Counted from the first letter of the stretch, positions 1 through 9,463 are shown. The stretch is 64,000 bases of DNA from an uncultured bacterium (GCA_963768835.1 CAVYJB010000002.1:136230-200229), one strand, 5' to 3'. Notes: generated by a model not told the origin, from the letters alone. Numbers and translations are program-made.

Positions 1-171
1 AAAGTCGGCGAGAAAGTCCAGTTCTTGGGCGCCACCACCAGCTTCGACGAAACCATCCGTTCCATGCAATACAACCATAAAGAAATTATGGAGGCTGCGA
101 AAGGGCAGGAGGTTGGTATCAAGGTGGGCGACAAGGTTCGAGAAGGTGACGAGGTGTACATTGCGGGGTAG
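1..171 (+). CDS. 3' end of an upstream CDS (partial); C-terminal beta-barrel-like tail, product unknown
   Basis: Open frame from window edge to TAG at 169-171 (…GIKVGDKVREGDEVYIAG*); resembles C-terminal domain II-like barrel of translation factors but not diagnostic. Confidence 0.35.
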   Translation, partial: KVGEKVQFLGATTSFDETIRSMQYNHKEIMEAAKGQEVGIKVGDKVREGDEVYIAG

Positions 172-187
172 CTTTACTAGTTCCCGC

Positions 188-1294
188 ATGCGATCCTATC
201 CGTTTGTTCTGGCCTCGTGTCTCTTGGCCGGGACCATACTCGGTGCGGGGATTTTCTCCCTGCCCTACGTCGTAGGGCGCGTCGGTCTTGTGACCGGCCT
301 TTTTTATTTGCTTGTTCTCGCCTGCATCTATGCCGTCCTGCATAGGATGTACGCTACGCTTTTCGAGGCTCGTCCCGGGGAACACCAATTTATCTATCTT
401 GCTCGAACATTTCTTCCTCCGTTCTACGCGACCGCAGCTTCTCTTGTGGTGTTCGGAGAACTCCTCTTCGTTATGCTTATCTATCTTACGCTTGTCCCAG
501 CGTTTGCTCTCGTCGCGTTTGGTGCGGCGCCCGCAGTAGCTTTTATTGGGTTCTGGGTCTTGGGTTCTCTTTTCATTTTTGCGCGCCTTTCCTGGATGGG
601 ATTCGCAGAGCTCATAGGAGTGCTCGGAATTGCGACCATCGTCGGAGCCGTGCTCCTGGCGGGAGGGGGGGCCCTGCACGTACCCGCGTTCCGTGCGCTT
701 GATCTAGAGAACGCTCTTCTCCCATTCGGCCCCATGCTCTTTGCGCTTGCTGGGTGGCCGGCAGTGGCAGGTGTTGTTGGTATATATCAGCGCGCGAAAC
801 GAGAAGGACGATCCTTCTCTCTCGCTGGCGCCGTAACCGTCGGAACATTTCTTGCAGCGCTTCTCGCGGGACTCTTTGTTGTGGGGGTTCTCCGTCTCGT
901 GCCGGAACCCTCTCCGGCAGCACTTCCAGGCCTCGCGTTTCTCCCTCCCGTCCTCTTCGCTTTCTTGGGGGGTCTCGGGCTTCTCACGATCTGGCTTTCT
1001 TATTTCGTAGTCGGTTCAAACCTTCGGGACATCCTGCGGTGGGACCTGCGAGTCCCTCCATTTCTCGCGGGTGCCGTGACTGTTCTCGCGCCACCACTGC
1101 TCTTTCTAGTAGGTTTCCGAAACTTCCTTAGTGCCGTGAGCTTCACGGGCGGCACTTTCTTGGCCCTTGAGGGCGCCTTTGTGGTCTGGATGTGGCGTCG
1201 AGCCTTTCCCACAAACCCTGCGCGGTGGGTAAGTCTCCCGCTTTTTGGCATATTTGCCATTGCGCTAATCCATCAAATAGCCTCTCTCCTATGA
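188..1294 (+). CDS. amino-acid permease-like polytopic membrane protein
   Basis: ~11 predicted TM helices; N-terminal GAGIFSLPY motif typical of APC/aromatic amino acid permeases; ATG at 188 chosen (longer ORF from 113 overlaps upstream CDS). Confidence 0.55.
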   Translation: MRSYPFVLASCLLAGTILGAGIFSLPYVVGRVGLVTGLFYLLVLACIYAVLHRMYATLFEARPGEHQFIYLARTFLPPFYATAASLVVFGELLFVMLIYLTLVPAFALVAFGAAPAVAFIGFWVLGSLFIFARLSWMGFAELIGVLGIATIVGAVLLAGGGALHVPAFRALDLENALLPFGPMLFALAGWPAVAGVVGIYQRAKREGRSFSLAGAVTVGTFLAALLAGLFVVGVLRLVPEPSPAALPGLAFLPPVLFAFLGGLGLLTIWLSYFVVGSNLRDILRWDLRVPPFLAGAVTVLAPPLLFLVGFRNFLSAVSFTGGTFLALEGAFVVWMWRRAFPTNPARWVSLPLFGIFAIALIHQIASLL

Positions 1295-2661
1295 AAAACA
1301 ATTGGAGTCCTCAAGCGTTTGTCCGGTGGATTACCTTCGCGCTCGTAGTAGTCATACCCCTAGGAACCAAGAAGTTTTTGTTCCCGTTCCCCCTTCCGTT
1401 CACCAATGTCTACGTGAACGAATACTCTGCCGCATTTCTCTTCGGAAGCGACCTCCTTCTTCTCGGGCTCCTTGGGGCTGTTCTTGTCTGGCTTCGTCCA
1501 GCATTCATTGCTCTCCTTAAGCGCTACTGGCTGCTTATCGCACTTCTTTGTATCGGGCTTCTCACGCTTTTGGAGGCGACGAACCCCGGATTAGGTTTCT
1601 ATGTTTGGATCCGTCTGGCGCTCGTGGTTCTAGGCGCGCTCGCAATCGCAAGTGCAGTAAAAGAGGAGTGGGTCAATCCTAGGATATTATTTGTGGGTCT
1701 TGCTCTGTCCGCTATCCTTGAGGCGCTCATCGGTATCCGACAGTTCTTGGTGAATGGAAGTGCGGGTCTCACAATCCTAGGAGAACCGGTTATCACATCC
1801 CTCACAAAAGGTGTGGGACGCGTGGTCGTCGCCGGAGGGGCGCTTCTTCGAGCCCAAGGGACCATGCCCCACGCGAACATCCTCGCGGGATTCCTGCTCA
1901 TGGGGCTTGGCGCCTTTTACTATCTTTTTTTGACGACGCCAGAGGACGCGCGACGAATCCATTTGGCAGCAATAATCCTCGGGATACTCACGCTCTCTGT
2001 GGGGCTCGCGGTCACCTTCTCGCGCTCGGGGTGGATCACGACGCTCGTTCTCACAACTGGAGTGCTTCTCTGGGGATGGCTACGGAAGGGACGCAGACGG
2101 CGCACGTTGGAACTTCTGGCAGTGCTCGCAGGCACATCCCTTTTCCTTTTTGTGGTGCTCGGGTGGGCTATCGGTGCCCGCGCCAGTCTTTCGCCCACAG
2201 AGGGTCCTGTCGCGGATCGCGTGGCGTATGACCATATTGGTCTTGAGATGATCGGGGCGCATCCCTTGGGTGTAGGCATCGGAAACCAGCTTCTCGCGGG
2301 CGTCCACGAAGGATTTTATCAGAGACACAATATCCCAGAATGGTGGCGCTGGCAGCCGATTCACAATATTTATCTCCTAATTGGTGTCGAGGTAGGCCTT
2401 CCCGGTCTTGTAGCGTTCCTCTGGTTTCTTATGCTCGTGATGCGTTCGGCCCTGCCTCACCTCCGCCGGGGAGATCCTGACGCATGGTTCCTGCTTCTCA
2501 TTCTTGTTGCGCTCCTAGGATTCGCCCTCGTGGATCATTTCCTTTGGGATTTAGAGAATGGAAGGTTGATGTTGTGGGTCATTTTAGGCATACTGATGGG
2601 CGCAAGCGGACGCCCCCATCGTTCAATGGATAGGACGCTGGCCTCCGAAGCCGGAAATTGA
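1291..2661 (+). CDS. O-antigen ligase/polymerase family (Wzy_C-like) membrane protein
   Basis: Polytopic membrane protein with large periplasmic loop motif …HNIYLLIGVEVGLPGLVAF… characteristic of O-antigen ligase family; ATGA overlap with upstream gene at 1291; 3' 50 nt overlap tRNA-Arg. Confidence 0.6.
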   Translation: MKNNWSPQAFVRWITFALVVVIPLGTKKFLFPFPLPFTNVYVNEYSAAFLFGSDLLLLGLLGAVLVWLRPAFIALLKRYWLLIALLCIGLLTLLEATNPGLGFYVWIRLALVVLGALAIASAVKEEWVNPRILFVGLALSAILEALIGIRQFLVNGSAGLTILGEPVITSLTKGVGRVVVAGGALLRAQGTMPHANILAGFLLMGLGAFYYLFLTTPEDARRIHLAAIILGILTLSVGLAVTFSRSGWITTLVLTTGVLLWGWLRKGRRRRTLELLAVLAGTSLFLFVVLGWAIGARASLSPTEGPVADRVAYDHIGLEMIGAHPLGVGIGNQLLAGVHEGFYQRHNIPEWWRWQPIHNIYLLIGVEVGLPGLVAFLWFLMLVMRSALPHLRRGDPDAWFLLLILVALLGFALVDHFLWDLENGRLMLWVILGILMGASGRPHRSMDRTLASEAGN

Positions 2662-2683
2662 GGTTCGACTCCTCATGAGGGCA
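2612..2683 (+). tRNA. tRNA-Arg (anticodon CCG)
   Basis: Manual cloverleaf: acceptor GCCCCCA/TGAGGGC (one C.A mismatch at 5-68), D-arm GTTC/GGAC, anticodon stem CTGGC/GCCGG loop CTCCGAA, T-arm TGAGG-TTCGACT-CCTCA; resembles E. coli tRNA-Arg(CCG) D/anticodon arms. Confidence 0.7.
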
Positions 2684-2708
2684 CGAATAACGAAGACCCA
2701 CCATATGG

Positions 2709-3353
2709 GTGGATCGGATGCTCTATAATTCAAGCATGGGCAAGGTAGAGGAACTTAGAGAATTAGAGCAGGAAATAGCTTCTGATGCCGCACTCCCGCT
2801 TCAAGGAGCAAATCTCGTTTTCGGGGAAGGGAGCCCAGATTGCGACGTGATGTTTATCGGTGAAGCGCCGGGCATGACCGAAGACCAGCTCAAGCGCCCT
2901 TTCGTGGGGCGCGCGGGGCAGCTTTTAGACAAGCTTATTCAAGGTATCGGTTGGAAGAGGCAGGATGTCTATATTACAAATATCGTGAAACGACGGCCGC
3001 CAGACAACCGAGACCCGCTTCCGGAAGAGATCGAAGCGTACAAGCCCTATCTGGCTCGTCAGATACAGATCATTAATCCGAAGATCATAGCTCCCTTGGG
3101 GCGTTTCGCGATGAACTACTTTCTGCCGACTGCGAAAATCACGCGGGATCAAGGGAAGGTTTTCCGGGTTGGGGATCGTTTCGTAGCGCCGCTCCTACAC
3201 CCCGCCGCGGCCTTACGGGGGACTGGGGCAATGCAGTCGCTCGAAGGGGCATTTAAAAAACTTCCCCTCATCGTAAAAAAATACGAGGAACTTGCGGAGA
3301 GGGTTGCTCCAGCTTCGGGGCCTTCCAACGCTTCCCAAACCAAGCTTTTCTAG
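2709..3353 (+). CDS. udg: uracil-DNA glycosylase, family 4
   Basis: GEAPG…FVGRAG motifs and overall family-4 UDG architecture. Confidence 0.8.
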   Translation: MDRMLYNSSMGKVEELRELEQEIASDAALPLQGANLVFGEGSPDCDVMFIGEAPGMTEDQLKRPFVGRAGQLLDKLIQGIGWKRQDVYITNIVKRRPPDNRDPLPEEIEAYKPYLARQIQIINPKIIAPLGRFAMNYFLPTAKITRDQGKVFRVGDRFVAPLLHPAAALRGTGAMQSLEGAFKKLPLIVKKYEELAERVAPASGPSNASQTKLF

Positions 3354-3360
3354 GGATTAT

Positions 3361-3395
3361 TGACAAATATGTGTTAATATGCTATTCTATTACCA
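3361..3395 (+). promoter_or_regulatory. sigma70-like promoter (TTGACA-17-TATTCT)
   Basis: TTGACA at 3361-3366, 17-nt spacer, TATTCT; GGGAG RBS before ATG 3437. Confidence 0.5.
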
Positions 3396-3436
3396 GATCG
3401 TGAACAATTGTTCCACTAGCCAAAAAGGGAGTTCCT

Positions 3437-3796
3437 ATGGAACCCTCGATAGTTCTCGGCTTTATTTGTCTCGTTTCACTCGCAGGAATCATTCTCACTT
3501 CCGTCCATCTGGTCCGGCTGTTTCGGACGGTGCAGAGCGAGAAACAAGTGGGCCGCTTTCGTGTCCACTACCTGCGGAACGGCAAGGACATTGAACTTCC
3601 TCCCTATCTGAGTGTCTTAAAAAGGCATCCGGCTGTACTCTTTGTCCGATGGAGTGAGCCGGAACCAGGCATGCCCGGGTTCTACCGGTTCTGTACCTGG
3701 ACACAGATGACGCAGAAGGAGACGAAGTCCAAAAGCATTCACATGCAGAGAGATGAGGAATTGATTGCATATCCGAAAAAAGGAGGTGCGCAATGA
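3437..3796 (+). CDS. small membrane-anchored hypothetical protein
   Basis: N-terminal TM helix, strong RBS (AAAGGGAG), preceded by consensus promoter. Confidence 0.55.
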   Translation: MEPSIVLGFICLVSLAGIILTSVHLVRLFRTVQSEKQVGRFRVHYLRNGKDIELPPYLSVLKRHPAVLFVRWSEPEPGMPGFYRFCTWTQMTQKETKSKSIHMQRDEELIAYPKKGGAQ

Positions 3797-4092
3797 TCGA
3801 AGTTCTTACACGAATCCAGATTGAAGCCACATATATCGCGGCGTCCGTTTCCCTCACCATTCTCCTGATTCTGGCGGGTCTGGCGACCGTACCGCCATTC
3901 CGGTTCCAGAAGACCGTTGCGACCATGATTCCCGCTCTCCTCCTGTTCCTGTGGTGGGAGAGAATTATCCCGCTTTCCCATTGGGGAGAACCAAGACTTA
4001 CCTGGCTGGTGGTTATCGGAGCTGGGGCATTCTTCGTCGCCTCCGCTTTCAACGACCTTAAAGGACTCCTCCATCAAGGAAGATTCCCTTGA
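3793..4092 (+). CDS. small membrane hypothetical protein (3 TM)
   Basis: ATGA start-stop overlap with upstream gene, RBS AAGGAGG; hydrophobic. Confidence 0.55.
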   Translation: MIEVLTRIQIEATYIAASVSLTILLILAGLATVPPFRFQKTVATMIPALLLFLWWERIIPLSHWGEPRLTWLVVIGAGAFFVASAFNDLKGLLHQGRFP

Positions 4093-4105
4093 GGTTCAGC
4101 TATAC

Positions 4106-4141
4106 GCCGGCAACGCAAAATAACGCGTTGCCGGCTTTTCC
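4106..4141 (+). terminator. rho-independent terminator
   Basis: GCCGGCAACGC…GCGTTGCCGGC hairpin followed by TTTTCC. Confidence 0.7.
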
Positions 4142-4167
4142 TTACTTTTCCGTGCCGACAAGGTATA

Positions 4168-4521
4168 ATGAGTCCAATGTTTAGGGCCCTGCTCTATCTC
4201 AGCGAGCATTTCTTTTATCATATTATTGAATTCCTCCGCCACTGGTACGTAAAGAGCGCTAAGCTCTATGCAAACTTCGTCCTGAACAGACTTGAGGCGC
4301 TTGATTACTATCTCGCGTGGCGCATCACGGCGAAAAACCTCTTCGAGCCGCTTTATAAGGATTATTCGGTGATTGGGCGGATGCTCGGGTTCGTTTTCCG
4401 CTCCATTCGCCTTATCGTTGGCAGTGTAGTTTACGCATGCCTCTTTGCAGTAGCCATCGCCCTCTATCTGGTTTGGGTCGCAATTCCGCCCTACCTCGTC
4501 CTAAAGGTTATCTCTGGCTAA
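4168..4521 (+). CDS. small membrane hypothetical protein, translationally coupled to ClpB-like gene
   Basis: C-terminal TM helices; stop at 4521 one nt before ATG 4523. Confidence 0.5.
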   Translation: MSPMFRALLYLSEHFFYHIIEFLRHWYVKSAKLYANFVLNRLEALDYYLAWRITAKNLFEPLYKDYSVIGRMLGFVFRSIRLIVGSVVYACLFAVAIALYLVWVAIPPYLVLKVISG

Positions 4522-4522
4522 C

Positions 4523-7048
4523 ATGGCACGTCTTTTATTCCGCGATGAACGATTTCTCCTGCCTGCGTACGCGGAGTTCTTCGTGCGGCTTATTGTCTAC
4601 TCCTGGTACGTTGTTTTCGGGGTTATAACACTCCTCCTAATCCTTTCCGCTGTCTTAGCGCACCCCCCCGCGTTTAACGGTTCTTTGGCTCTCGGATTGC
4701 TCTTCGCTCTATTTCTTGGTGACCGACTCCTCCACTACGGGGAGGGGGAACATCCTCTCTATGAGCTCAATCGAGGAGCTGAGGTGAATCTGGCGGTTGC
4801 CCTCACGCCGTCTGCTTTTCGGCTCGTGCACCGTTCGTTCCGAAAAGCGCTCGGCACGCACGAATCTTTTGAACTTCTGCTTCTAAAGGAGCTTGTGGAG
4901 CGAGGCGATATTCGGGAAGCGCTCCGTCGGCTTGATGTCCCTGCCAAAGATTTTCTGGCGAAAATCGAAGAGTACCTAGGGCGGGAACGGAGTGCAGCTC
5001 AGACGCCAACACGTGCCGATCTCTTAACGATCATCGGAGCTCTTGTAGAAGCGGCCTACCAGAACGCTGAGGGTGCCAGCGAGAAATTTATTGAGCCACG
5101 GAACCTTCTCTTTGCGTTGGGGAGCATTCCCAATCCTTCTATACAAAAACTCTTTGAGCTTTTCAATATCACCGCGGCGGACATAGGAGAAGCTATCATC
5201 TTTGGGAAGTGGGGCTCCCGCTTCGCGCGCTTGCGGAGTCTCCCGGCTACGCTTGGAGGGTTTGCCAATCATCGGATGATGCGCCACCGCGTGATGAATC
5301 GCGCTTGGACGGCGCGTCCCACGCCCACCCTGGACCGTTACAGCGCGGACCTAACCGACCTCGCGCGGGAAGAGTCTATAGGGTTTCTGATTGGCCATAC
5401 CAAGGAGTATGACCACCTTCTTCAGGTTGTGTCGCGCCCCGGGATGCCGAACGCCATCTTGGTAGGCGAGTCGGGTTCCGGGAAGTCCTCTCTCGTCGCC
5501 CACCTCGCATATCAGATAGTGAAAGATCAGGTTCCGCCCGTACTCTTTGATAAGCGGCTCGTATCGCTTCGCATCGCCGACCTTACCGCAGACGCGCCCG
5601 CGGAAGTCCTTACTGGGCGACTCGAGAAAATAGCGGATGAGATCCTTAAGGCGGGGAATATCGTATTACACCTTCCGAACATGCACGATCTCTTCCGCAC
5701 CGGGGGGACACGCGGGCTGGACGCTATCGATATCCTACTTCCCATCATTAAGAGCACTGCGATTCCAGTCATCGGAGACACTTTTCCGCGCGAGTTTAAG
5801 CAATATATTGAAACCCGTTCGGATTTCCTCGAGCAATTTGAAGTGGTTCCGGTGGAGGAGATCTCAGAAGCTGAGGCGCTTCGATTTCTTATCTATTCCA
5901 GCCTGATGCTTGAGAAGGAATACAAGGTCCTCATCACCTTCCGAGCTCTTAAGAAGGCGGTTGAGGTCGCGCATCGCTATTTTAAACCCAAGCTCCTCCC
6001 CGGGAGCGCGGTTGATCTTGTAAAACAAGCACTTGCGAAAGCTTCCCAGGAGCATCTCGTAGCCGTGAATGAAGACGTGGTCGTGGCTGTCGCGGAGCGG
6101 CAAAGCAAAATCCCTATCGAAAGGGCGGGAGCTGCCGAAGCGGAGAAACTCTTAGATCTCGAGAGCACCATTCATCAACGGCTTGTGGACCAGGAAGCGG
6201 CCGTTAAGGCTGTTGCGCAAGCTCTCCGCGAGTATCGGAGCGGCCTTGCGCGACGAGGTGGTCCCATCGCCACCTTCCTTTTCGTGGGGCCTACGGGCGT
6301 AGGGAAGACAGAACTCGCGAAAATCCTTGCGGAGACCCAGTTTGGTTCGAAGGACGCGATGACACGTCTCGATATGACCGAGTACCAAGATAAGCAGAGC
6401 ATCTTCCGCCTTATCGGAAATCCCGACGGATCCAGAAGCGGAGCTCTAACCGACGCGGTCCTCGCACGGCCCTACTGCCTCGTGCTCCTGGACGAGTTTG
6501 AAAAAGCGAGCCCCGACGTTCTAAATCTTTTCCTGCAGGTTTTCGATGACGGGCGTCTCACCGACAGCCTGGGGCGCACCGTGAACTTCGAAAACACCAT
6601 TCTCATCGCCACCTCGAACGCACACTCGGACTACATCAAAACTGAGATTGAGAAAGGACGCACCAGCGAGGATCTCGAGGAGGACATTAAGCGAAAACTG
6701 ACGGACTACTTCAAGCCGGAACTCCTAAACCGTTTCTCAAACATTATCGTGTTCCGGTCCCTCAAACTTGAGGAGATCCACACTATCACCAAGCTTCTTC
6801 TCCAAGAGATTGCCATGATACTTTCTGATACGCAGGGCATTACTCTCGAGGTGGACGAGGATGCGGTCAAACGCATTGCCGAGCTCGGCTACAGCCCCGC
6901 TTTCGGTGCCCGACCTCTCCGACAAACCATATCAGAGAACGTAAGAAGCGCTCTTGCTGAGAAAATTCTCCGGAAAGAGATCGGTCGGGGCAACACCATA
7001 CGCCTTGTCTACGCGGATGGCCGGTTCGATTTCAAGCTCATCGCCTGA
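4523..7048 (+). CDS. membrane-anchored ClpB/ClpC-like double AAA+ ATPase (NBD1 Walker B degenerate)
   Basis: N-terminal 2 TM helices; NBD1 Walker A GESGSGKSS but Walker B replaced (VLHLPNMHD instead of hhhhDE); NBD2 GPTGVGKTE, LLDEFEKA, GAPPGYVG-like RLIGNPDGSRSG; short linker instead of ClpB M-domain; no IGF/IGL ClpP loop seen. Confidence 0.75.
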   Translation: MARLLFRDERFLLPAYAEFFVRLIVYSWYVVFGVITLLLILSAVLAHPPAFNGSLALGLLFALFLGDRLLHYGEGEHPLYELNRGAEVNLAVALTPSAFRLVHRSFRKALGTHESFELLLLKELVERGDIREALRRLDVPAKDFLAKIEEYLGRERSAAQTPTRADLLTIIGALVEAAYQNAEGASEKFIEPRNLLFALGSIPNPSIQKLFELFNITAADIGEAIIFGKWGSRFARLRSLPATLGGFANHRMMRHRVMNRAWTARPTPTLDRYSADLTDLAREESIGFLIGHTKEYDHLLQVVSRPGMPNAILVGESGSGKSSLVAHLAYQIVKDQVPPVLFDKRLVSLRIADLTADAPAEVLTGRLEKIADEILKAGNIVLHLPNMHDLFRTGGTRGLDAIDILLPIIKSTAIPVIGDTFPREFKQYIETRSDFLEQFEVVPVEEISEAEALRFLIYSSLMLEKEYKVLITFRALKKAVEVAHRYFKPKLLPGSAVDLVKQALAKASQEHLVAVNEDVVVAVAERQSKIPIERAGAAEAEKLLDLESTIHQRLVDQEAAVKAVAQALREYRSGLARRGGPIATFLFVGPTGVGKTELAKILAETQFGSKDAMTRLDMTEYQDKQSIFRLIGNPDGSRSGALTDAVLARPYCLVLLDEFEKASPDVLNLFLQVFDDGRLTDSLGRTVNFENTILIATSNAHSDYIKTEIEKGRTSEDLEEDIKRKLTDYFKPELLNRFSNIIVFRSLKLEEIHTITKLLLQEIAMILSDTQGITLEVDEDAVKRIAELGYSPAFGARPLRQTISENVRSALAEKILRKEIGRGNTIRLVYADGRFDFKLIA

Positions 7049-7053
7049 TCCTA

Positions 7054-7724
7054 TGCGTATACGAATGGATCTAAAACTGAATATCCGCGAGCTCTCCATA
7101 AACCGCATCGTCCGGTACCTAGTCGTTGTAGACCTAATGCTCTGGGGCGGTTGGGGGCTTTTCGCGCCCATCTTTGCTGTCTTTATCCTCGATCGGATCC
7201 CGGGCGCCACCCTTATCACCATCGGGGCTGTTTCCGCCCTCTATTGGACCGTAAAATCCATCATTCAGATTCCCATTGCTCTCTTTTTAGATCGTCGCGC
7301 CGGAGAACGGGACGATTTCTATACCGTGATAATGGCACTGATTCTTGCGGGTTTCACCGCTATCAGCTTCCTCCTCGTGCATACCATCCCTGGCCTTTTC
7401 CTTGTTACGTTCTTGCAAGCCGTCGCTTTCGGTATTTATATTCCCGCTTGGTCGGGCATTTTTTCACGCCACCTCGATAAAAACCATTACTCGTTTGATT
7501 GGTCCCTCGACAGCACGAGTGTGGGTTTTGCCTATGGTGTGACGGCGCTTGTGGGCGGAAGCCTCGCCGCACTTCTAGGGTTCGAGACTGTTTTTATCCT
7601 CGCAAGCGTTATTTCTTTCACGAGCGCCGTAGTGCTTTTCTTCGCTCCGAATCTTATTCTGCCCAAGCCAATCGTGAAGTCGATAGCAGAACGCGGTGTT
7701 CCACTGTCGGAACACCCGCAGTAA
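7054..7724 (+). CDS. 6-TM membrane protein, MFS-like half transporter (hypothetical)
   Basis: Hydrophobic 223-aa protein; ATG 7054 immediately after clp-like stop; longer upstream ORF start 6954 overlaps preceding gene. Confidence 0.45.
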
Positions 7725-7733
7725 ACTTAAAGC

Positions 7734-8267
7734 ATGGTGGAGCGGACGATAAAAGAAGTTTCGGCGGGCATCGTTATTTATCGGAGGACCAAAGAAGGTC
7801 CCCGATTCCTCATTCTCTATCACGGTGGACGCTACTGGAATTTCTCCAAAGGAAAGCTTTCTGAGGGTGAAAAGAGTTTCCGCGCAGCGCTCCGCGAGGT
7901 GTGGGAGGAAACTGGTTTGAGCGAACGCGACCTGCAGTTCAAGGACTGGTTTCGCGTGCAGGATCATTTCACCTATACACGTAACAAGCAAAAGATTTTC
8001 AAGACGGTTACCTACTATCTTGCTGAAACTACCAACACCAACGTGCGCGTGCAGGAAGTGGACGAGGAGAAAGAAGGGGAGCGCTGCTACGGCTACGGAT
8101 GGTTCCTATACCCCGACGCGCTCCGCGTCCTTATCCACCGAAACCTACGCACTATTCTGAAGCGTGCCCACGATACGGTTCTGCACGGAAAAAGCATGCC
8201 TGCTAATAGACCAGCAGCCCGCAGCGGCGGTCACGAGCGTCAGAGCACCCCACCCAATCGGCGGTAA
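7734..8267 (+). CDS. NUDIX hydrolase
   Basis: Nudix box …EGEKSFRAALREVWEETGL…. Confidence 0.75.
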   Translation: MVERTIKEVSAGIVIYRRTKEGPRFLILYHGGRYWNFSKGKLSEGEKSFRAALREVWEETGLSERDLQFKDWFRVQDHFTYTRNKQKIFKTVTYYLAETTNTNVRVQEVDEEKEGERCYGYGWFLYPDALRVLIHRNLRTILKRAHDTVLHGKSMPANRPAARSGGHERQSTPPNRR

Positions 8268-8281
8268 GGCGCCGTCTATCT

Positions 8282-8617
8282 ATGAGAAAGAAAAGATCGG
8301 GGCCTAAGGAAGGGGAGTTGCCAAGGTTCTATAGCCTGGTTTATCGTATCGCCCGCGGTGTTCCTCGCGGAAAGGTTGTCACGTATCAGCAGCTCGCACG
8401 CGCGGCTGGAAACCCTCGTGCGGCTCGAGCCGTTGGGAGCGCCATGAACCGGAATCCCTTTGCTCCCAAGGTGCCCTGCCATCGTGTTATCCGTTCTGAT
8501 GGATCTGTTGGAGGGTTTGCTCGCGGAACCCCGGAGAAAATCCGGATGCTCGAGCAAGAAGGCGTTATTGTGCAAAGAAAGCACATAGACCTTCATCGCT
8601 TCGGGTGCAAGATATAA
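8282..8617 (+). CDS. MGMT-family protein (O6-alkylguanine-DNA alkyltransferase DNA-binding/catalytic domain, PCHRV motif)
   Basis: …NPFAPKVPCHRVIRSDGSVGGFA… with active-site Cys; 111 aa. Confidence 0.7.
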   Translation: MRKKRSGPKEGELPRFYSLVYRIARGVPRGKVVTYQQLARAAGNPRAARAVGSAMNRNPFAPKVPCHRVIRSDGSVGGFARGTPEKIRMLEQEGVIVQRKHIDLHRFGCKI

Positions 8618-8645
8618 AAACCCGGGGTCCTTTCGGCCCCGGGGA
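8618..8645 (-). terminator. hairpin with T-run on minus strand (terminator-like)
   Basis: CCCGGGG…CCCCGGG stem; on minus strand followed by TTTTTAT. Confidence 0.4.
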
Positions 8646-9092
8646 AGGCAGGCCCCATCCATAAGGGCCGCTTCGGTTTTCGCGCCGGTCGTTATCCGCT
8701 GGAGAATGCGTTCATGCTCATAAACGCATTCATAGACATCACCCCCTTCCAGAGTAATCCCGGTTGTATGTAAACGATCCAGTTATCCCGTCGGCGAGCC
8801 CCTCCTGCGATGGGCATTCGTAAGGCCTGCGCCGAGATTCCATCGTATCACGCACAAAATTTGTTTTCAAGAATATAAAAGAATAGAGGGTGTCCAATAA
8901 TGAACACCCTCATGTGAGGCCCCATGGTTAGGGGTAAAAAGGATTGGTACTTTCGTACCGGGTATTTCAAGGAGCTTGCGTTAGGCTCGTGCGGATGTTT
9001 CTAGATTACTACCATTGCCTAACACTTAAATTGTAAATCTCTGCCGCGCCGCGTCAAAGAGAGTTATCCACATATCCACAGTTAGCAAAAGC

Positions 9093-9115
9093 CCCCGTTT
9101 ACGGGGGCTTTCTCT
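9093..9115 (-). terminator. rho-independent terminator of rplT operon
   Basis: GCCCCCGTAAACGGGGGC hairpin followed by TTTT on minus strand directly after rplT stop. Confidence 0.7.
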
Positions 9116-9116
9116 G

Positions 9117-9461
9117 TTATTGGACAAACTCCACAACTTTTTTGAAAACCGCAGGATGGTTCTTTGCGAGGTCTGCGAGTGTTTTTCGATCCAGCTTCAC
9201 GTTCTTCAGTTTGAGTGCGTGAATAAGTTTCGCATACGTAGTGCCTTCATTGCGCGCCGCGGCATTCACCTGGACATTCCACAGGGCGCGGTAAACCCGC
9301 TTTTTTTCTTTTCGTCCCTTGAACGCGCGACTCCACGCATGAAGCAATGCTTCTTTCGCGGCGCGTTCCTTGGATTTGCGACCCCACTTGAATCCCTTTG
9401 TGTACGTGAGGAGCTGCTCTCGCTTACGATGTGCTCCCGTACCTCGTTTAACGCGTGTCAT
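9117..9461 (-). CDS. rplT: 50S ribosomal protein L20
   Basis: MTRVKRGTGAHRKREQLL… canonical L20. Confidence 0.9.
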   Translation of the reverse strand: MTRVKRGTGAHRKREQLLTYTKGFKWGRKSKERAAKEALLHAWSRAFKGRKEKKRVYRALWNVQVNAAARNEGTTYAKLIHALKLKNVKLDRKTLADLAKNHPAVFKKVVEFVQ

Positions 9462-9463
9462 GG

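Noticed and set aside
119-923. Several 80-190-aa ORFs on the minus strand and in alternative frames overlapping the permease gene
   Set aside because: They are antisense to, or frame-shifted within, a clearly coding membrane-protein gene. They are Arg/Pro-rich translations typical of GC-rich antisense frames.
8981-9022. GTTAGGC … 28 nt … GCCTAAC pair resembling integron attC R'/R'' core sites
   Set aside because: A 7-bp inverted repeat at this spacing is expected many times by chance in 64 kb. It lies far from the cassette-like array and lacks L-box structure.
8640-9116. RNase P RNA, SRP RNA or tmRNA in the rplT-downstream gap
   Set aside because: No GGAAAGTCCGG / ACAGAAACCCGG (RNase P) motif, SRP domain IV motif or tRNA-like ends were found.
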